From NCBI GenBank assembly GCA_030606485.1, contig JAUWGH010000001.1:480001-512000 (forward strand): a stretch of DNA of 32,000 nt, given 5' to 3'. Of the stretch, positions 27,952-32,000 are shown one piece after another (the first letter of the stretch is position 1; each line of letters opens with the position of its first letter). A program made the position numbers and the translations under genes. Source of the DNA: Promethearchaeota archaeon. GTDB lineage: Archaea > Asgardarchaeota > Lokiarchaeia > Sigyniarchaeales > SOKP01. Below the pieces are notes generated by a model. The model did no database searches. It saw nothing but the letters and a program-made list of their open reading frames with translations, and was not told the DNA's origin.

Positions 27952-29149
27952 AAAAATGGAAAAACCCGCAATTGAAGGAGGTAAGCCTGTTCGAAAAAAA
28001 TTTTTACCATATGGCACTCAAAGCATAGATGAAAAAGAAATTAATGAAGTTATTGATTCTTTAAAATCTAATTGGATTACTACAGGTCCAAAAATGAGAC
28101 TTTTTGAAGAAAATTTTAAAAAATATATAGGTTCAAAATTCGCAGTAGCAGTAAATTCTGGTACTGCTGCATTACACATATCCACATCAAGCATAAATAT
28201 TAAACCTGGAGATGAAGTAATTACAACACCATTGACATTTGTAGCTTCTGCCAACTGTATTGTCTATAGAGGAGGGACTCCAACTTTTGCAGACATTAAA
28301 AAGGATACATATAATATTGATCCACAAGAAATAAAGAAAAAAATAACTCCTAAAACAAAAGCAATAATTCCCGTACATTTTTCAGGACAACCATGTGATA
28401 TGGATGAGATTAATGAAATTGCTGAAGAGAATAATTTATTTGTCATTGAAGATGCTGCTCATGCAATAGATGCCGAATATAAAGGGAAAAAAATAGGGAA
28501 TATAAGTGATTTAACAGTATTTAGTTTTCATCCTGTAAAAAATATCACAACTGCTGAAGGGGGAATGGTTACTACAAATAATGACGAGTTATATGAAAAA
28601 TTATTAATGTTTAGAACTCACGGAATATCAAAAGATGCCCAAAAGAGATTTGGAAAATCTGGAGGTTATTATTATGATATGCAATACTTAGGTTTTAGAT
28701 ATAATTTAAGTGAGCTTCATGCTTCACTTGGAATTCATCAATTATCTAAGTTGGAATCTTTTCAAAAGAGAAGAAGGGAAGTTGTAAAGATTTATAACAA
28801 GGAATTAAAAAACATTGAGGAATTAAGCATTCCATTTGTAAAAAAAGATGTGAAGCATTCTTGGCATTTGTATGTGATACAATTAAATCTCGAAAAATTA
28901 AGGGTTGATAGAGATCATATTTTCAAGGCTCTAAGGGAAGAAAATATTGGCGTAAATGTCCATTACATTCCAGTTCATTATCATTCTTATTATCAAAAAA
29001 ATTTTGGGTTAAAAAAGGGAATTTTACCAAATGTAGAATGGCTATATCCAAGATTATTAACAATTCCATTATTTCATTCTATGAATGATGATGACGTTTA
29101 TGACGTTATTAATGCTTTAGAAAAGGTTTTAAAATACTATAAAAAATAG
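27941..29149 (+). CDS. pseC: DegT/DnrJ/EryC1/StrS sugar aminotransferase, PseC-like (UDP-4-amino-4,6-dideoxy-HexNAc transaminase)
   Basis: LPYGTQSID...WITTGP, NSGTAALH, EDAAHA, FSFHPVKNITTAEGG, THGI, YY.MQ.LGF, NVHYIPVH. Start is GTG 27941 (overlapping the upstream stop) or ATG 27956. Confidence 0.88.
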   Translation: MIYKKMEKPAIEGGKPVRKKFLPYGTQSIDEKEINEVIDSLKSNWITTGPKMRLFEENFKKYIGSKFAVAVNSGTAALHISTSSINIKPGDEVITTPLTFVASANCIVYRGGTPTFADIKKDTYNIDPQEIKKKITPKTKAIIPVHFSGQPCDMDEINEIAEENNLFVIEDAAHAIDAEYKGKKIGNISDLTVFSFHPVKNITTAEGGMVTTNNDELYEKLLMFRTHGISKDAQKRFGKSGGYYYDMQYLGFRYNLSELHASLGIHQLSKLESFQKRRREVVKIYNKELKNIEELSIPFVKKDVKHSWHLYVIQLNLEKLRVDRDHIFKALREENIGVNVHYIPVHYHSYYQKNFGLKKGILPNVEWLYPRLLTIPLFHSMNDDDVYDVINALEKVLKYYKK

Positions 29150-29160
29150 GTTTTATCTAT

Positions 29161-29634
29161 TCAATCCTTTATTTTTTTGATATATTTTATGTATCCTTTT
29201 TTAAAATTATTTTTTTCAAAAAATTTTTGACCCCCTAAATTTCTAATATCAGTTAAAGCAATAATTTCTGTAATTCCTATTTTTATCATTTCCTTTTCAA
29301 ATATACTGTATGCATATGTTCCCAATCCAGATTTATGATATTTTTTTGAGATAGCAATGCTAATTTCATTTTTTTCCTTGTTACGCGTTCTCTTCTTAGT
29401 TAATCGGATATATCCACATAAAACGGATTGATATAGAATAATATAAATAAATTCTTGTTCAAAAACGCTTTCCCACCATTTACAATGATTCTCATAGGTA
29501 ATAGGTTCAGTTGTTATGAGGTTAAACTCAATATTTTGGTTATATACAACCCATATTCCTTTTTTATGCATTTCATTTTCTTTTTCCGCTTTAATAATTT
29601 TTATTTGATTAAAATCAATATTCATAGAAATCAC
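29161..29634 (-). CDS. GNAT N-acetyltransferase, PseH-like
   Basis: ITYENHCKWW, GYIRL, ISIAI...YHKSGLG, N..GQKFFEKNNF; context of nonulosonate genes. Start is GTG 29634 or ATG 29625. Confidence 0.78.
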   Translation of the reverse strand: MISMNIDFNQIKIIKAEKENEMHKKGIWVVYNQNIEFNLITTEPITYENHCKWWESVFEQEFIYIILYQSVLCGYIRLTKKRTRNKEKNEISIAISKKYHKSGLGTYAYSIFEKEMIKIGITEIIALTDIRNLGGQKFFEKNNFKKGYIKYIKKIKD

Positions 29635-29650
29635 ATTCTTTATTTTTATG

Positions 29651-30415
29651 TTAAGATTTAATGAAGATTTTAATATTTTTTATATCATCTTTTATTCTTC
29701 TTTTATAATTACGGGGGGTTTCAAAGGTTAAATTCACTACAGAATTATAATTTAATAAAATCTTTTTTATCTCTGATAAATTATATTGACCCTCATCTAA
29801 ATGTAAATGCTCATCTACTTCAATATCTAGATTACCACCAGAGATATGAAAAAGTATTGGTTTTCTAAATTTAAGAAATTTTTCAATAAAATCTAGATAA
29901 TCAACCTTTTTTGATATTGCAGCTTTTATAGCATGATTTAAATCAAAACAAAATTCTAAACCCACAATTCTATTAAAATATTCCATTAATCCCTCTGGGT
30001 CGGAACCAAGTAATTCACCACCTAATAGAGATTTAAATGGCATATTTTCAAGAGCTATTGGTTTAACATCTAACTTTTTTATATTTTCTATAGATAATTT
30101 GATATCTCCAGATTCTGGATGAACAATATAACATAAAGGATTCAAATCATTTTTAAACAGATTAATTTTATTAATAAAATCGATATTATTTACATTTTTT
30201 TTTATATCACCAAAATCAACACCATAATTTGAATTTGGAATATGTATTGCGTATGGCAATTTAAAATTTTGAATCCTGTTGATATCATCGGTAGTAAATT
30301 CAGGAGTTAATATAATTTCGATAAAATCACAGAAATTTTGATTAGAATAAATGTCTGGAAGAAAATCAAAGTTCTGAATTGAAATTTTTATACCAAATTT
30401 AATGTTGTTTAACAT
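29651..30415 (-). CDS. TIM-barrel protein, xylose isomerase-like/AP endonuclease 2 superfamily
   Basis: Metal-site-like motifs IHIP, IVHPE, LENMP, CFDLNHA, FHISG, DEHL, TFETP. Confidence 0.75.
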   Translation of the reverse strand: MLNNIKFGIKISIQNFDFLPDIYSNQNFCDFIEIILTPEFTTDDINRIQNFKLPYAIHIPNSNYGVDFGDIKKNVNNIDFINKINLFKNDLNPLCYIVHPESGDIKLSIENIKKLDVKPIALENMPFKSLLGGELLGSDPEGLMEYFNRIVGLEFCFDLNHAIKAAISKKVDYLDFIEKFLKFRKPILFHISGGNLDIEVDEHLHLDEGQYNLSEIKKILLNYNSVVNLTFETPRNYKRRIKDDIKNIKIFIKS

Positions 30416-30421
30416 TTTAAC

Positions 30422-31465
30422 TTAAACTAAATCCCACGTAATTATTTCTTCTTCTTCAATATCTTTCCGAGCTATTCTTCCAACAATAATATTTAAAAAT
30501 TTTGGAGGAATTCCATACCCCGGACGTTTTATAATAAGATCTGATTCTTCAATAATTTTTCCTTTTGGAATGTTTTTTTTTGCTATTATGCTTCTTCTAG
30601 CTAATTTATATAAATTTGCTTCAGAATTGGGCATAAATTTCATTGGACTTCCTAAGCTAACCTCAGTTTCTCTTATATTTTTTATCATTTCTTTTAATTC
30701 ATTTGGCTCTAAAGCAAATGAGTGATCTGGTCCTTTTAAGGTTCTATCTAAAGTAAAGTGCTTTTCAATAATATTTCCTCCTAGTGCAACACAAACTGAT
30801 GGTATTGTAATGCTCATTGTATGATCTGAATAACCAACAGGTACTTGAAAAGCTTGTTTTAAAGTTTGAATAGCTCTTAAATTTAAATCATTAAAAGTGG
30901 GTGGATAATTAATTGCACAATGTAATAAACCAATACCAACATCTTCAATTGCCTTAATAGCATTAATTGCATCTTCAATATCACCAAGACTTGCCATTCC
31001 TGTAGATAAAATAATTGGCTTTTTAGTTTTTGCTATTTCTTTTAAAAAGGGTAAATCAATAATCTCGAAGGATGCAATTTTATATGCTAAAATATTTAGT
31101 TCTTCTAATTCTTTTATTGCATCATAATCAAATGGAGTAGATAAGAAAATTAAACCATGAGATCTCGAATAATCAGCAAGCTCTCCTTGCCATTCTCTAG
31201 GTAATTCAATATCTTTTATTAATTGCCAAACTGATTTTTGTTCCATTTTTCCATTGAGATAATCTGGATTTGGAGTTTTTTTTGAATATAAAGTTTCTGC
31301 AGAATAGGTTTGGAACTTTACTGCATCAGCTTCAGATTCTGCTGCTACTTCAATTAACCTTTTAGCTTTTAGTAAATTTCTATTATGATTTGAACCCGCT
31401 TCAGCAATAATAAAAACTGGATGATCATTTCCTATTTTCTTACTTCCAATTGAAAAGACTTTCAT
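30422..31465 (-). CDS. neuB: Nonulosonic acid synthase, NeuB/PseI/LegI family, with C-terminal SAF domain
   Basis: IAEAGSNHN, AVKFQTY, STPFD, KIASFEI, LSTGMA, LLHC...YP, GYSDHT, IEKHFTLDR...GPDH.FALEP.E, C-terminal RRS..AK...KRPG.GIPP. Product specificity cannot be resolved from sequence alone. Confidence 0.93.
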   Translation of the reverse strand: MKVFSIGSKKIGNDHPVFIIAEAGSNHNRNLLKAKRLIEVAAESEADAVKFQTYSAETLYSKKTPNPDYLNGKMEQKSVWQLIKDIELPREWQGELADYSRSHGLIFLSTPFDYDAIKELEELNILAYKIASFEIIDLPFLKEIAKTKKPIILSTGMASLGDIEDAINAIKAIEDVGIGLLHCAINYPPTFNDLNLRAIQTLKQAFQVPVGYSDHTMSITIPSVCVALGGNIIEKHFTLDRTLKGPDHSFALEPNELKEMIKNIRETEVSLGSPMKFMPNSEANLYKLARRSIIAKKNIPKGKIIEESDLIIKRPGYGIPPKFLNIIVGRIARKDIEEEEIITWDLV

Positions 31466-31477
31466 TTAATTTTAATT

Positions 31478-31484
31478 CCCCTCC
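31478..31484 (-). promoter_or_regulatory. Shine-Dalgarno-like ribosome-binding site for neuB
   Basis: GGAGGGG on the minus strand, 12 nt upstream of ATG 31465; it stands out in the AT-rich background. Confidence 0.4.
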
Positions 31485-31503
31485 ATTTAAAATTTATAAA
31501 GAT

Positions 31504-32000
31504 TTAAGTCAATCGTTGAAAACCTGTATGTGCTATAGGCCCCTCAAGTAGATTTAATACATTTTTTTGTTCAATTGCTTGCTTTAAAATTCCAAAAACA
31601 GCATCAACATTATTATAATACTCATTTATATGGATCTCATTGTGGCTATAACTAACATAAACACTTGTAGATGCCAGAAAACCTCTTTTAAGCATTTCCT
31701 GAATGAATAATGTTTTTAATTCTTGAGCATTTTTATAATTAAGATTAAATGTTACTAACGCGTTAGGAGGTAAGATATCAATATTAAGATTATGTTTATT
31801 AGCTAATTTTTTCCATCCATCCCCAATAATCTTACCAATTTTATCTAAATGAACAGGAACTTTTTTATCTTGCAATTTATTAATCGTTGCAATTGCTGCA
31901 GTGGGACCAATACGCTCAGTCCAATATGTACTACTAATAAAACTTTTTTGTGCCGCATCCATAATTGATCCTTTTCCAATAATTGCGCTCATAGGAAATC
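31504..32000 (-). CDS. Class III aminotransferase (glutamate-1-semialdehyde aminomutase-like), C-terminal part; 5'-partial
   Basis: (G)FPMSAIIGK...FISSTYWTERIGPTAAIATI...FIQEMLKRGFL. The frame runs off the right edge, so the Met at 31992 is internal. Confidence 0.82.
   Translation of the reverse strand, partial: FPMSAIIGKGSIMDAAQKSFISSTYWTERIGPTAAIATINKLQDKKVPVHLDKIGKIIGDGWKKLANKHNLNIDILPPNALVTFNLNYKNAQELKTLFIQEMLKRGFLASTSVYVSYSHNEIHINEYYNNVDAVFGILKQAIEQKNVLNLLEGPIAHTGFQRLT

Noticed and set aside
2214-28446. Short antisense or overlapping track ORFs (2214..2579, 17678..17917, 19854..20117, 21220..21636, 23933..24121, 26009..26341, 27816..28010, 28018..28254, 28187..28378, 28264..28446)
   Set aside because: They lie wholly or mostly opposite long genes with strong family motifs and have no recognisable motifs; they are shadow ORFs.
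29455-29661. 68-aa plus-strand ORF
   Set aside because: Antisense to the GNAT gene, with no motif.
1-32000. CRISPR arrays, tRNA/rRNA genes, transposases, integrases, terminal inverted repeats
   Set aside because: None recognised on either strand; the remnant junctions show no IS ends or target-site duplications that I could detect.

Overview
This is a very AT-rich 32-kb cell-surface glycan (glycoconjugate) biosynthesis island. The AT richness and the DUF1616/DUF2206-like membrane proteins suggest an archaeon, possibly Asgard (Lokiarchaeia/Promethearchaeota); this is inference, since no marker gene is present. Intact genes: five GT2 and four GT4 glycosyltransferases, a NodU/CmcH-type carbamoyltransferase, two alkaline-phosphatase-superfamily (sulfatase-like) proteins lacking the C/S-x-P-x-R motif, three large polytopic GT-C-like membrane proteins (two are inverted paralogs), and a nonulosonic-acid (pseudaminic/legionaminic-like) pathway. 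That pathway is split into two convergent operons: a CapD/FnlA-type dehydratase, a second SDR and a PseC-like transaminase on +; a class III aminotransferase, a NeuB-family synthase, a TIM-barrel protein and a PseH-like GNAT on -. Manual translation of the regions between ORFs shows a gene graveyard that the ORF track misses. It includes a ~505-codon GT-C-like gene in one frame broken by three in-frame stops (TGA, TAG, TGA) plus a homopolymer slip after its ATG, two back-to-back junctions of 5'-truncated GT4 genes, a GT4 with a ~230-codon internal deletion, and stubs of a GT2, an SDR and another GT-C gene. Several remnants have an intact paralog in the window. No RNA genes, CRISPR arrays or mobile elements were seen.
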